A stretch of 64,000 nt of DNA from Antedon mediterranea (taxonomy: Eukaryota > Animalia > Echinodermata). This document shows positions 50,419 to 63,180 of the stretch, piece after piece. Below the pieces are notes generated by a model, which was given only the letters and a program-made list of their open reading frames with translations, did no database searches and was not told the DNA's origin. The translations under genes were made by a program, and so were the position numbers. The DNA is taken from NCBI RefSeq assembly GCF_964355755.1, contig NC_092679.1, forward strand, positions 10,771,432 through 10,835,431, written 5' to 3'. Each line of letters starts with the position of its first letter. The first letter of the stretch is position 1.

Positions 50419-50576
50419 TATTTACAAATTTATACCGTATTTTTTGTACCCATTTCTGCTGCCAATAAAAAATACCGTTTTTTTTTTTACATGACAAAAG
50501 GTCAACATTCGTGTTTTTATTTTCTGTCGCTGTCAGCTGTTTTACACACGTGTATATATATATATATTCGGCGAAA

Positions 50577-50859
50577 ATGTGGAGCGAAGGCGTCACAGCT
50601 TTACTAAATAAATTTGTGTGGGGAAGCTAAAATGTCTGGCCAACTAAAAGGTAATAAAAGGGACAACCACATTTATAAAGACATTTCTAAAATAAAAAAG
50701 CAGGAGTATGGAATAGACTTGTCTCCAAAGCAAGTAAACTCAAAGCTGAAGAGCCTGCGAAAGCAGTACAACATTGCAAAATACAATAACTCGGGGAGGG
50801 AACGAATTAATTGTCCCCATTACGATGTGTCTGTGCTCTCACAACATCTCTATCACTAG
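50577..50859 (+). pseudogene. Frameshifted Myb/SANT-like (trihelix) DNA-binding gene of the Harbinger element
   Basis: MWSEGVTALL/..IYKDISK..EYGIDLSPKQVNSKLKSLRKQY..NNSGRERINCPHYD fits the trihelix pattern. Confidence 0.7.
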
Positions 50860-51556
50860 GGCTAGGCTGTTGAAAGTGAGACGTAAAACTTCCTTTATTG
50901 CAACTTTTAATTATCGATCAAATAAATGAATGGCAATTTGGGTAAAAAAGATGAAATTTAACACGACCACCCAAGAAGTATTGTTAGCAGAAACGGGGTA
51001 CTAAAAAATACGGTATAAAAAATACCGTATTTTATACCGTATTTTGAGCAGTTGCAGCAGAAACAGGCCCTAAATGAATTTAATATCAATCGCTTGGCTA
51101 CATTGGGTGTAACTGTAGGGGCAGAAGTTCCAAGGTGAGTTAATATACTAGCATTGTTCTGGTATCAATGCTATTAACAATAAATAGTAGCTGGTAAAAA
51201 ATGGTGTTAATTTTTTTTATATCAGAGGCATAGCAAGACAAGGCCTCTAAAATTACATACAGTACTATGCAATAAAAAACCAATGAATGAACCACACAAA
51301 GGATTATGCATGGGAACATTCAGTAATTATAGCTACTCTGTAGGTCAAATTTATTTGAAAAGTGTTGACTAATTTATATTTTCATCTATTTTTATGACAA
51401 AATGTGCCATAAATGAGAACTTTGGAATGTTTGATTTGCGTGAATAGTGAATACAAAATATTCGTCTAGTGAAAAACAGGCCTTAGACACTGCAATTTTA
51501 ACTGTAATTGGCCAGTGGATCACTGGTACCTGTACTGAGATTTTAAGTGATATTAA

Positions 51557-52620
51557 GGCCCTGTTAGACCGTTTTAGCGTACGACGCTAAAAGAATGTGT
51601 GTCTGAACAGTTAGGAATTAGCGTACAACGCGTCGTACAACGGTTGTAGCGTTGTAGTGGAAAACGGTTATTAGTACCGTTTTAGCGTACGACGCTACTG
51701 TAAGTCAACGTTGTATCCAATCAGAACGTTTCCTGTTATGACGCGAAACAAGGTTTTACCTAGGCTGACATCTTGTATCGTCAATGTGTGAGATGGATTT
51801 CAATAACAAAAAGGCCAGAATAAATAAGGCCTAACTACACTACAAATACAACTGTTACAGTACAAAGGCTACAAACTACTATCAACTGATTACCATTATA
51901 TTTTCTAACAAATGACATAAATACATGCACCTTGTATTTAAACATAGGAAATACGATCCCATCCGCTTTTAGGCCTAGCTAGGCCTAGAGCCATTCACAC
52001 ATTTCATTCAAGCTAAAAACTAGCGTGGGACATCAAGTCACTCATTCATACAAGGCAGACTAGACTGGACAAGTTTAATGCTGAAAACCCCCTAACTCTT
52101 AAAAAATTCAGTAAACAAACAAGGGGAGCTGTGTCCCTTTTATTAGCAAGTTAAGGGTTATTTTCAACCGACTGGACCAAAGAATATATCTTTGACTGGA
52201 CTGGATAGACTAATCACAATCAATTTTTTCTTCATCATTAGGAGGCCTACTTTATTTTCGTAACACAAGAGCCTGGGGAAAATGTTTTTTACTACAAAAT
52301 AAAAACAATAGAAACAGAAATTTGGCTTTAGACTATATTTTTCTTAAATAAATGCTGAGGTATGTTTTATTTACGGCAAATTTTGTCATAATTGTAGGGC
52401 TGAGATCTTGGCCTATATACAGTGGAAATAATGATGAAAACACGTGGGTAAGAGCACATGAATATGCAACTAGAAACAACCTGAATGACGCACTTCCGTT
52501 GTAACGACATCGTACGCTATGGGTCTGAACACCTCGTTTTTTTTTTCTGTGGTTTGTAACATGACCTTGCTAGTAACGTTGTACGCTAAACGGTCTAACG
52601 CCATGGGTCTGAACATAGCC
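51557..52620. mobile_element. PIF/Harbinger MITE (1064 bp)
   Basis: TAA|GGCCCTGTT-AGACC ... GGTCTGAACATAGCC|TAA, with GCGTAC(G/A)AC subterminal repeats at both ends. Confidence 0.8.
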
Positions 52621-54641
52621 TAAGAGTGCAATTTGAGGGCAACTAGAGGTTCATAAACTCTAAAACTGTTCTTACTGTACCTCATCCGCAAGCATGGTAG
52701 GGCTGAGGTTGTGGAGTCTATCTCGCATCCTCTAAAGTACAGTATCACAAAATCCTGCATCCACCCAGGTTTACTGTATAATTTTGAGATGACTACACAA
52801 TAATAATAAATTTAATAATATACACATACTTACACCAAACCAATACAAACTATAACAAATTAAGAAAACTTTACAGAATACAAATTAAATGGTGAGTAAA
52901 GAAAGTGTGCCTAGACTAATCTACAGTATACATACATCATGCAAACAAAAATGGACAGAATGGGTAACTTTAATTTAGCCCAAGATCTACCTTCCTAGTC
53001 CTTGCTTAATGATTCCATTCCATAATTGTGAATGAATACATCGAATACTTCTGAAATACAATTAAGATATAAACCATAATAATCAGTCAACTGTGTTAAT
53101 GAATGCTGTGAATGAGGTACTGAAATTTACAGTTAAACCGATACAAAAGCATGTTAATCTTGTCAACATAAAGATTGACCTTAAACTGTAGATGTGCAAG
53201 AAACTTTTCACGCTGCTGCTCTAGCCCGCTACGTCACACGAGATGACTCATTCATTAGATGAAATCAAGCAGCAGTATAGTACTACACTTTGACATTTTT
53301 GTTAAAATGGAAACTCGACTATAATTTATAGGTACCACCTGTTGAATCCAAAAAACGGCTGGGAAAAGAGTCTAATGACAAATCCCAAGCATTTCTGGTA
53401 TTTATGAATCCCATGATATTACTATAATTCACTGTCAGATAATCATTGAATTATTATCAAAACAGTCCATTGAAGTTTTTGTTTGTAATAGGATACTTGA
53501 AGTATAGGCTTGATGAAGTGACCCCCAGACTTGACCTTAGCAATAACAATAAGCAAGCAGCGTTTTTTGTAAGAAATATTCTTGTTTATATGACGGTAGA
53601 GTCGCACAGCACAGATTTTATGACATTTTATGGGTGCTCATAAATTCTTTAAAAAATGTAATTTTTCAATGAAACTTTTAACGAAAGTGTATTTCATAAT
53701 ATGGAGCAACTTTTGACATGATAAAAATGGTGTGTTACAAAAAAATTATGCGAGTACAACGCGTACAAAGAGTAGAAAATGTTGCAATTTATTTTTTTCC
53801 CCATTCTTTTTATAGTAGATTTCATTTATTTTGATTTTGTAAATTAACGATGCACGTGCATTTAAAACGACATCACTCATGTGTGAGCTGAGGCCCACGG
53901 GCATGAAGTCGTTTGGAGCGTAGATAAAAATTGTTTCGAAGTATAGACCACTATCTAGACTTAAGTACCCAGGAAATTGCATTGTAATTTTTTTTTTTGG
54001 AGGGTCAAAATTGCACTTATCAAGACAAAATTCAGCACAGCCCAAGGTTTCTCCTTTAGATATAATGCACATGACACATGTCTGTCACATAGACATTTTA
54101 ATTGTACATCATTTACAATGCTAAAACATTAAATTCTCAAGCCACTCAAAAACTGTTTCGCGGTGTCAAAATTAATGTTTCTAAGGTGATCACAATGAAT
54201 TTTATGATCATTATGAATGACATCTAGATAATTTATCATACAGTATAGTATTAGTGTACTGTATATGATGCAGTATTGTAAGTAAATGCATACTGTGGTG
54301 TTTTGTGTATTCATGAATTGGAAGGATTCAATTAGTCAGATTTAAATCTGTGTGTAGTCACTTCCTTTGTTTGAATAAATAGCTACATGTATGGAGTCAT
54401 GTACATGTTTTCAATGGTGAATCTATATAAATTTATGTAAGGGCAAAATTCGGAAAATCGGTAATTAAGTTGAGTTAGATAATTCTAGTTATTGACAAAT
54501 TTAAAACGAATTTAGCTTCAACAATTTGCTCCAAATAGGAGTGTTTTCCGATCGCGGTATACATTGTCTAATGGATGTCTATGCTGAAAAATACCAGCAC
54601 ACAAAAAAAGAGGATGCTTCGCATTTACCTACTGGCTACTG

Positions 54642-56415
54642 TTTTTTTTTCTGAATAGTCCATCAGTACAAACAATGCGCTAGACTATTAAAACGCAGAA
54701 TAGATGTATTACGATTTACTGTATACTGATAAAAATAGATATTTATCTCGAACTAGGCTGTGGTAAAACTTGACGATGTTTGGTAATGAACAAAATCATA
54801 GTAGCAGTAGCAGTACTGTAGGGCTAGGCCTAACTATACCGATTATGTTATTAGTTGGCCGTCGGAATTTTAATATTTTATGCGATTGGGTGTTGGGAAG
54901 GGAGACTGTATTCCAAAATAAGTAAAGTTTTCATCCAATACAATGGGCTTTCATGACGTCTTTATTGTGTATCAACAATCGCTTAACATTTTGTTCATGA
55001 TTCATTGTTATTTTTGCCGTTGTGTGTGACAAAAGCTAAGATGTAGGCTATGTCTGTTATTGAAAAGCCAAGGCAAAACATTTCAATTTTAATTCTAGAT
55101 AGAATACAGAAAACCGTTTCAAAAGAGGTCTACTACATAATATACAGTAAGCTAGCCTCATTCTATGAGTTTGTTTGTGAATAAAAAAGCCCATCGGCGG
55201 CAAGTGTGTGCACTGATTTCTGTGACTCAGCCCTGGGGCTAGCTGTCTAAATCATAGTATTTGAGGGCCTGTCGTGACAAATATGGTTCGAGGCCCAAAT
55301 CGGTCCGGCTGGAGCAGTATTGGCTCTAAATTTGTGGCTAAAAGGAGTCCGCCACTGCCAAAATAGCCTAGTTCCAATGACAGTTAATATTTTATGCGAT
55401 TGGGTGTTGGGAAGGGAGGCTGTATTCCAAAATAAGTAAAGTTTTCATCCAATACAATGGGCTTTCATGACGTCTTTATTGTGCTTGAGACGATGAATAG
55501 ATTGTTTAAATCGATACGATCGAATATTTGTAAAGAATAACGAGGAGCGTGAATGCGTCCGACGGCCAACTAATAACATAATCGGTATAGTTAGGCCTAG
55601 CCCTACAGTACTGGCTACTGTAGGCCTAAAAAGATAGTTTTGCTGTGTCGTGAGGTAAACACATGTGTCGTGGATTAGAGTTCTTTGATTTTCTCTAAGT
55701 AAAAAATAAATCAGCATGTGAACTTCGAACTATGGTTGTTTATTCCCAAGGTCACAATTTAAATTCTTTCATTTTCTGGTCAGCAAAGTCGGCCTGGTAC
55801 GATCGTGGGTATAGACACAGGAGGAACGTCAAAACAACAGCCCGTAGGCACCAGTTGATTTCATGACTCGACCGACCATGTGCGAACAACAGTCGGCGGC
55901 TGAGTTCATCATCATCATCAATAGTCCTCTCGACGACGTAACTGTACTGTATCACAAAAATCGCACATTGATTTTATAAAACAGTTTACAGATACTCTAC
56001 TTCTTATTAAACAGATACTCTACTTATTAATTTTAATATTGAAAGTTGTTTTTTGTTCATTTAACGTTAATGCGAACGAAATAAAAGTAAAGTTGAAGAA
56101 TAAAGAATATAATACAGTATATTATTATTGTTTTGTAGTAGTACTGAATTGTTACACTAAATTAATATGCAGGAATATTCCTTCCTTATTTGATTGATGT
56201 GAAATTCAATAAATTTGTTGGGCGAACGGTGTCAGTCAGACTAGGCCTACTGTAGAAATAAAATGATTTTGTTCATTTACAGTTACAGTTTTACCACAGC
56301 CTAGTTTGAGATAAATATCTATTCAGTATACAGTAAATCGTAATACATCTATTCTGCGTTTTAATAGTCTAGCGCATTGTTTGTACTGTACTGATGGACT
56401 ATTCAGAAAAAAAAA
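54642..56415. repeat. Complex foldback/duplication structure
   Basis: Inverted arms 54642-54800/56263-56415 and 54806-54866/55558-55620, and a direct repeat 54870-54968/55384-55482. Confidence 0.85.
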
Positions 56416-56703
56416 AAAAAAAAACAAATTACAAAATTTCCATGAACATCAGTCCTGAAACCAGTAATTTATGTGAGGTCAAATTCAAGGTCACACATGA
56501 TTTGGGGTTTTTAAAGAACATCTTATGGTCATTCCTCGGTCTAAAAAATATTTAAAATGTGTAAAAGTTAACCAAAAAGTTACGGGTTTTGATGCTTTAA
56601 CCCAGCCTAGGACATGCTTTTGTTGATATCTTAATCTAGGCTTACACTAAAGACAAACATTGAATTTAATTCAAGGTTTAATATTATAATTTTATTCGAC
56701 TAA

Positions 56704-56864
56704 AGCTCTGTCTACAATATCAAACTTTATGTGACAAAAAATGTGATGTGCCCATATATGGATATGATGATGTTATATCACTAACTGTATTTGGGCATAT
56801 CACCACCATATTTGGGAACATCACACTTTTTTTGTCAAACTAGTTTGATAGTGTAGACAGAGCT
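56704..56864. mobile_element. 161-bp Harbinger-like MITE
   Basis: TIR AGCTCTGTCTACA(A/C)TATCAAACT flanked by taa/tta. Confidence 0.8.
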
Positions 56865-57616
56865 TTACACTTGTTTTTTTTTAAATATCAGACCTTAAAA
56901 GTGTACTGTCAGCGCGTAACTATTTTTTACAAACTGCAATGACGTAAATTGTGGACCATTTGATTGGTCAGTTTTAACGATCGTAACGTTAAAGTTGAAC
57001 TGGTTTCAACTTTAACGATTTGAGATGTTAACGATATGTAACGTTGATTTTTTACCCCCTTTTCCTGTAAAATCGTTGAATCTGGCCATTCAATGTAACT
57101 TTACGCAAATCAACGCCACTTAACGATCGACAGGCTTATAAACAACTATTAAAATTCTAAAAGTTTGTCAAAATGTACTATTTTAGCAATTGTGTACATT
57201 TATAGTTTTAGTGTCCGAGTACCGCACCCCGTGCCCTAGTGACGGTTCCACATTTTACACCTTATTTTATTGATTTAAAGTTTAAAAAGATTATAGGCCC
57301 TAGGCCTTCTAGTCTCTAGGCTAGGCCTTCTAGTAGGCTATACTCTTTCAAACTGAACACTATTCAAATGCTGAAAGATAAATTCCTAGGCTAGGCCTAG
57401 GTAAGTAGTATTCAAAGTAGGCTATAGCAGTAGTAGGGCTAGACTAGGTAGGAGGCTAGGCCTAGCTTGGGGCTGGGCATTGCCTAGTATAGGCTAGGCC
57501 TATTTATTAGGCCTATTAATATTAAATGCATGAAAAGTTTTTTTTTAGACCAGAGAAAAAGAAAGTTACACCTAGCTAGGGCCTAGGCTAGGCCAAGAGT
57601 AGTAGGCCCTACTTAC

Positions 57617-57639
57617 TCGTCTGTTAACCTATCCTCCAT
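57617..57639 (-). CDS. SPRED: SPRED coding exon 1 (MEDRLTD + GA, phase 2)
   Basis: ATG in ataATGG context. Donor GA|gtaagt at 57616. The 23 nt leave phase 2, matching exon 2, which begins with one nt (A) to make GAA. A short phase-2 first coding exon is also seen in vertebrate SPRED1. Confidence 0.75.
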
Positions 57640-57789
57640 TATTAAGAATGTTGCTTTAGTATAGTTCCTTAGTTAATATCTATCCATATTCTTCGGGTTT
57701 GTCCATCTTCTAACAAATGTCAATTTTTTTAAAGTCAATCTTGGTCTTTCTCGCACTCTCTTACTTATTTAGCAGCAGTCAGACATTTT

Positions 57790-58150
57790 CGATGTATACT
57801 TATCATGCACAGAGCGGAAGCAATCAAATGCCTCGTCACACAGTTTTACCGGGAAAATTCACTGGAAATAAAAAGTAGTTCCATAGAAATACACTAAAAC
57901 AAAATACTATCTGTTAAAATTCAAACTAGTAATTAGTTTGAAATCAGTAAAGTCAGTACTCTTTAATTTCACAAAAATTACAAATGTTTTAATAAGTACA
58001 TATTGTTTCTAGATAATTTAATCAACATGAATGTCCATTTATAGACAGTAAGTACGACGACGGGGTCAGTACACTGTTGTTCATTCAATCAATGCCGTTA
58101 TTGCTAATTATTCACGTGGAAATCGTACTTCCGCTTTTTAAGTAGCTACT
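57790..58150 (-). promoter_or_regulatory. Candidate SPRED promoter region
   Basis: Non-repetitive sequence upstream of exon 1 with ETS-like GCGGAAG (57814-57820), GCGGAAGT on the minus strand (58127-58134) and an E-box CACGTG (58113-58118). The TSS cannot be determined. Confidence 0.35.
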
Positions 58151-58194
58151 ACTAGAGTACAAGTGTTTGGACGGATATTATGGAACGCCATTAC

Positions 58195-58355
58195 TGCCTT
58201 CTTCGGCTCTTTTACCATTCGACACTTTACCATTTTGGCTGTTTCACCATTTTATTTTTATATACGGCTCAGTCTTTTTACCATTACGTTCGGCACTTTT
58301 ATCATTACGTTCGGCACTTTTTCCATTTCATGTGGCTCTTTTACTATTTCATACG
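58195..58355 (-). repeat. 21-bp minisatellite, same family as 1030-1345
   Basis: Units such as ttaccattacgttcggcactt are reverse complements of the 1030-1345 units. Confidence 0.8.
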
Positions 58356-58999
58356 ACGCACAGTACAGTGAGAAGCTAGAATCAATTCAAAGTGTGTCAA
58401 AAAAAAGTCCAAAATGGTAAATGTGACAATCCAAACTTTTTAATATTTTATAAGGAAGAAGACATCTTAAATTATATAAATCCACTAATAATTTTATATT
58501 TTTGGTAAATTTTATTATTATTATTATTATCTTAATTGTAACCATGGAAACTGGGAGAAACTGGAAAATGAGCAAAAACAGTTATAAATTCGCTTTTATG
58601 TTTTCTAGAAAAAAAGCAACGGTTTTGATACTGCATGAAATTGGTATCTGTTATTAACCATATTAGGCACTCAAAATAAAATGTCAATTATTGCTTTATT
58701 TTGGATTGAAGGAAATACAGGTCGAAAATAATTTTAAAATAAAACCACTAAAATTCACGGCGATTCACGCGCTAATTTTGACATTAACATTTCGAGGAAA
58801 GCTTGAGCTTTATGTTTTTTGTTTTTTTTACACCATATTTAATGAGGGTGATCCATCCAGAGTAAGCATCTGGCCTAATGGTGCAATTAGTATGGTATAG
58901 ATAACCTCGAATCCATGCCTATCACATGCTAGTCCGATATTATCATTACACCATAGTATTATCATTACCATCACTCTCCAGTATATTATGGGCGGCCAT

Positions 59000-61735
59000 T
59001 AGGACCAAACTAGACAAACGTTGCCGTACGAACAATTCCGCTCCGGTAAGTCAAACAATTGGCGTTAAAGACATAATTCCTCGATATATATAGAATATGT
59101 CTGTATTACTATTATAACCAATTTATTGAAGTTCAAATTGGTCTTTTAATACATTTGTATGGTCATAGGTATCTATTCATATTTGCAGCTTACAAACAGA
59201 TGAGGAATTGTTTCAGGTACATTGTCACAGAAAGTACATGCTTCATTTTGTCGAATACCAATTCTTGTCAAAAAAACATTTGTTGCAATTATTCTATTAT
59301 TTCGTTATTTCCCCACAAAAATATTCTTGGGATATCTATATTTGTTTCTGGGTAATTACTTTGATTCAGATTATTCCAGGCTGTTACAACATCATTCCAA
59401 AAAGCATTCCTTTCAGAAGTTAAATTTTTGCTAACAACTCAATACATAAAATAAATAAATATGGTGAAAGAGGGTCGCCTTGACGACATCCTCTTTGTAT
59501 ATTAAAAAAATGTGTTGGGTAACCATTTACAAGAACACTTGATTTACATTCGTTATAAAAAATGTCAATCCACCTTAAAATATCATCACCAAAATTATAG
59601 TTTAAAAGGACTTTTTTCATAAAAGTGTGGGAAACCGTGTCAAAAGCCTTTTCAAAATCAATCATTAACACAAGACTAGGAATATTACGTAATTTGGTGT
59701 AAACTAGGATGTCGTACATTGTTCTAGTACACTCACCTATATATCTACCCTTCATGAAACCTTGTTGGTCCTCATTAATTAGAAGATTTAAAACACATTT
59801 TATTCTTCCGCTATACATGATGAGGCAATCTTATATACAACATTTAAAAGTGAAATAGGTCTCCAGTTTTGAATCAATTCACGTGGTTTATCAGATTTAG
59901 GTAATAGTGTTATTCAGCCCTGTGTTTGACTTATTGAGAGATGACCTGTATCGAATGCATAATTTAATGAGTTTTAAAAAACTCTACTGAAAAACCATCT
60001 GTGCCAGGACTTTTGTTATGTTTCATTTGTTTGAGGACTTTACTAACTTCTTCAAATGTGAGTTTCCCTTCTATTTTTAATTTATCACTTTCAGCTTAAG
60101 TTGTTTAGCACCCCTTAAAACCTCCTCAGCCTTGGCTGTATCAATAGGGTGTTCACTGTATAAATGTTTATAGAAAGTATATATGCTTTCTTTGATTTCT
60201 ATCTGGCTATTAACTAAAGTAGAATCGTTTTCTTTTATGCAGGTAATTGTAGATTGATTAGCGTTTCTTTTTTCGAGATTAAGAAAATATTTGCTAGATT
60301 TTTTGCCGTCTTTACACCACTGTGCCCTTGATCTAATTATAATTCCTGCTATCCTGATCTTACGTATTTTCTCTAACTCTTCTTTTTTAACCGTCAAATC
60401 TTCTAATACAGATTTTTCTTTTGGATTTAGATTAAAAATATTTTCCAGAATTTCAATTTCCTTTACTAGTTTCTTTTCGATTTCATGATTTTTTTTGTTT
60501 TTTTGGCTAGAGTAGTTTAGTGTTACGCTTCTGATTTCCATCAAAAGTACATCTAAAAAAAGTTGATTATTTATACTAAACTCTCGGACATCCTCGTGAT
60601 TTTCTTTCTTTGAATATTGATCAATAATTTTTTTTTTCTTCTACAATAGTGCAATAATCCATATCCTTAAAGATGTATTGTCCCTTGAAACACAAAAAAT
60701 GAAAAAAAAAATATTCTAAATTTAAATTGGCCATATCAAAGTAATATTAAAGTTATTCACTTTAAGTCGAAAATTCGAGGCAAAAACAACAATTTTACGT
60801 AATTAACAGGTAAATTAATTTGATTACATTTTGTCTGGAAAATCGTCACGAGCGAAAGTAAACAAAGATTTCAAACCACGAGTATGCATTATGCATGATG
60901 CTAATTAGGATTGTTTACAACTCGTTGCGGTTGAGAAGGTGTTTTCACACAGATCGCAAGAAAGTTTTATGATTATGCATACAGAGTAGCCAAACAACCG
61001 CGTTGCATTATGAGATATGTTTTTATCGAAAACTTTGACTGGAAGTCAAAGTTATTTTTTTAACAAAAAAACGTCCATATTTCGGTTAAATTATTTTTTT
61101 TTCAACTAATTTTTGGTGAAAGTTAATAACTATTATGATACTTTAAAATGACCCACTTTTTTTCGAAATATAAAAAATAAAATTGTTTAAGTTTAAGTAA
61201 TGAGTTGTTAAACTTCCAAAGCCCAGTACCTTTTTTAATATCGTTAAATTGTATTGAAAGTATAACAATTGAATGGTCGGTCCTATACCCCGGCTTAATA
61301 ATACAATTTGTAACTAAATGCGTAAGGTCTCTAGAGTTTAAAAAGAAATCTAGTCTCGCTTGTTTGAATGGATTTTGTTGTTTCCATGTATAGGATTTAG
61401 TATTCCTGTTTTTTTCTCGCAAAATATCAATTAGATTGTCATTTTGAATTAGTTCTATAACTTGGTTACGTGCATTCTGATTATTGGTGTTTGCATAGTT
61501 TAGGTAATCGACATTAGGATTTAAAACCAAGTTCCAGTCGCCACAAATTATAGTAGGCCTATAAGGGTTTTCAAAATTATGTATGATATCCTCAATATCA
61601 GTATAAAATTGTGGGTTATCTCTATTTGGGCCATATAAATTAATTAAAGTAATACGTGTCTCTTTAATTGTTATGTCAAGAGTTACTAAGTTTCCAATTG
61701 TTATGATATTTTTGATATTCTTTCTAGTACGCATT
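59000..61735 (-). mobile_element. Degraded L1/Tx1-clade LINE ORF2
   Basis: APE endonuclease motifs (NLYGPN, ICGDWN, RLDFF, TDH), WKFNNSLL, RSRAQW..SKYFLNLEK, and RT motifs (WRPISLLN, QQGF, IDFEKAFD, GCRQGDPLSPYLF). Frameshifts, deletions and a MITE insertion. Confidence 0.92.
60671..61192. mobile_element. Kolobok-like MITE, second copy, inserted at TTAA in the LINE
   Basis: Reverse complement of 2170-2699. One TIR is intact and the other lost. It splits the LINE codons NNSLLK|DMDYC. Confidence 0.88.
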
Positions 61736-62524
61736 ATTTGTTAATGTATTATAATACTGTAAAATAAATAATAAAATTAATATTATATGGCTATTAAAAT
61801 GTTATGATGTTAAAATGTTACGATGACCTTCAATGATTTGCCACTAGGACACATTTGCATTTATTAGGGGTACAATATTCGTTTTTGGACAAAAAATTAC
61901 TATTCCTTAGAATCAGAGAATACCAATTCATCCAAAGGATCTGGCTAGGCAGGTGGCCCAGCCCACCCAATCCCCTACCTTTAATTTCGACAATGCAAAA
62001 GTAGTTTAACTTCACCATTTCAATTCACAATTTCTAGAACTCTGGCCATTCGCTGATCCCATCTCTTTCTATATAATGATCTTGGACTCGTCGTCATTAT
62101 GTGTTTGTCTTTTCATTGTCAAGTTCTGCAAATACTATGTTTCAATGAATACCTTTCGTAAGAGATGAAATGCTTTAGATTTTTACTTTTGTTCGCTACT
62201 AAAAACTGGAATCCACAACTCACTACACAGACAGACCACAGTTTTTATATCAGTCTCGATATGGTTGGTAGCCACAGATAGTTTTACTGTGCATAATGTA
62301 GTACAAATGTTGTGTTCTGAAGAGAAAGAAAAGCTTGTATATATACTGTTCAAAGTTAGCAGTATGATGTCAGGAGAAAATAAACTCATCTGATTCTTTT
62401 CAATTCTTTATGCGTCTTTCTAACGAACATAAGATATTTTCATTTCAATTAAGCTTATTCATAATAAAAGATTACATAGTATTGGAAAACAATAGACTAT
62501 TAGGATAAAATAATAAAAAGGGTC

Positions 62525-63180
62525 GGAGACTAATAAAATCAAGTCAATGTCAACTAATATATATAAAAAAGCAATGCTTGGAATGATTGTGTCCACTGTA
62601 AATGATTATGTCTCTTCCTTTTTTCGAAAGAGAAATCAATCCTGGTGGTCACGTATATAGAGATATTCAAAACTTTGTTGCAGAACTAGACCAAATGACC
62701 CAAATCTTCACCAATATTGACTGGAAGTTGTGAATGTGCGCTCTACAACAAAAGTCAGAGTTAATTATCTCTGTTAGAATCATTTTAATGATAGCAATGC
62801 AAGAATATGCCCTGACTAGTGTTTGGATAGTCCAGAAAATAATTTATGGACAGGGGTTCCAGATTTATCTTCACTGGGGTTGGTATGTACATATTCTGGA
62901 CGTAAGTTAACTATGAATTATATTCTGATTGCAATGGGGATGAAAAAAGTGATAACCAATAATTTTAGTAAGATTTGTTAGACGCTTATTCACTAAAGTG
63001 CTCAAGGCCAACCAATGGAAACTAATCCGTAAACTTTACAAAACCACATAATTGGTGTGTTTTGTTTTAAGGTGCACAGACTGGCTATAGTATATAACGA
63101 AGTATTCTCAGTTATCTGAGTACCTAGACAAATAAAAACCAAAATTATATTTGCCAACATAAAGAAGCAGATCAAATTTA
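62525..63180 (-). repeat. Unclassified interspersed repeat, copy B
   Basis: Inverted, diverged copy of 4960-5660. Confidence 0.8.

Larger units (their letters stand above)
49348..51070. mobile_element. PIF/Harbinger deletion derivative
   Basis: TAA|GG(C/G)CCTGTTTCTGCTGC TIRs|TAA, ATACCGTAT subterminal repeats and a Myb/SANT-like remnant. Confidence 0.88.

Noticed and set aside
56384-56390. TACTGTA insertion relative to the paired arm as an excision footprint
   Set aside because: Equally explained by a 5-bp slippage duplication of TACTG, so it was not counted as evidence.
1030-63180. Three repeat families each present on both sides of SPRED in inverted orientation, suggesting a giant inverted duplication or composite transposon
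   Set aside because: Their order is the same on both sides and not mirrored, intervening DNA is unrelated, and divergence differs. This fits independent insertions of abundant families.
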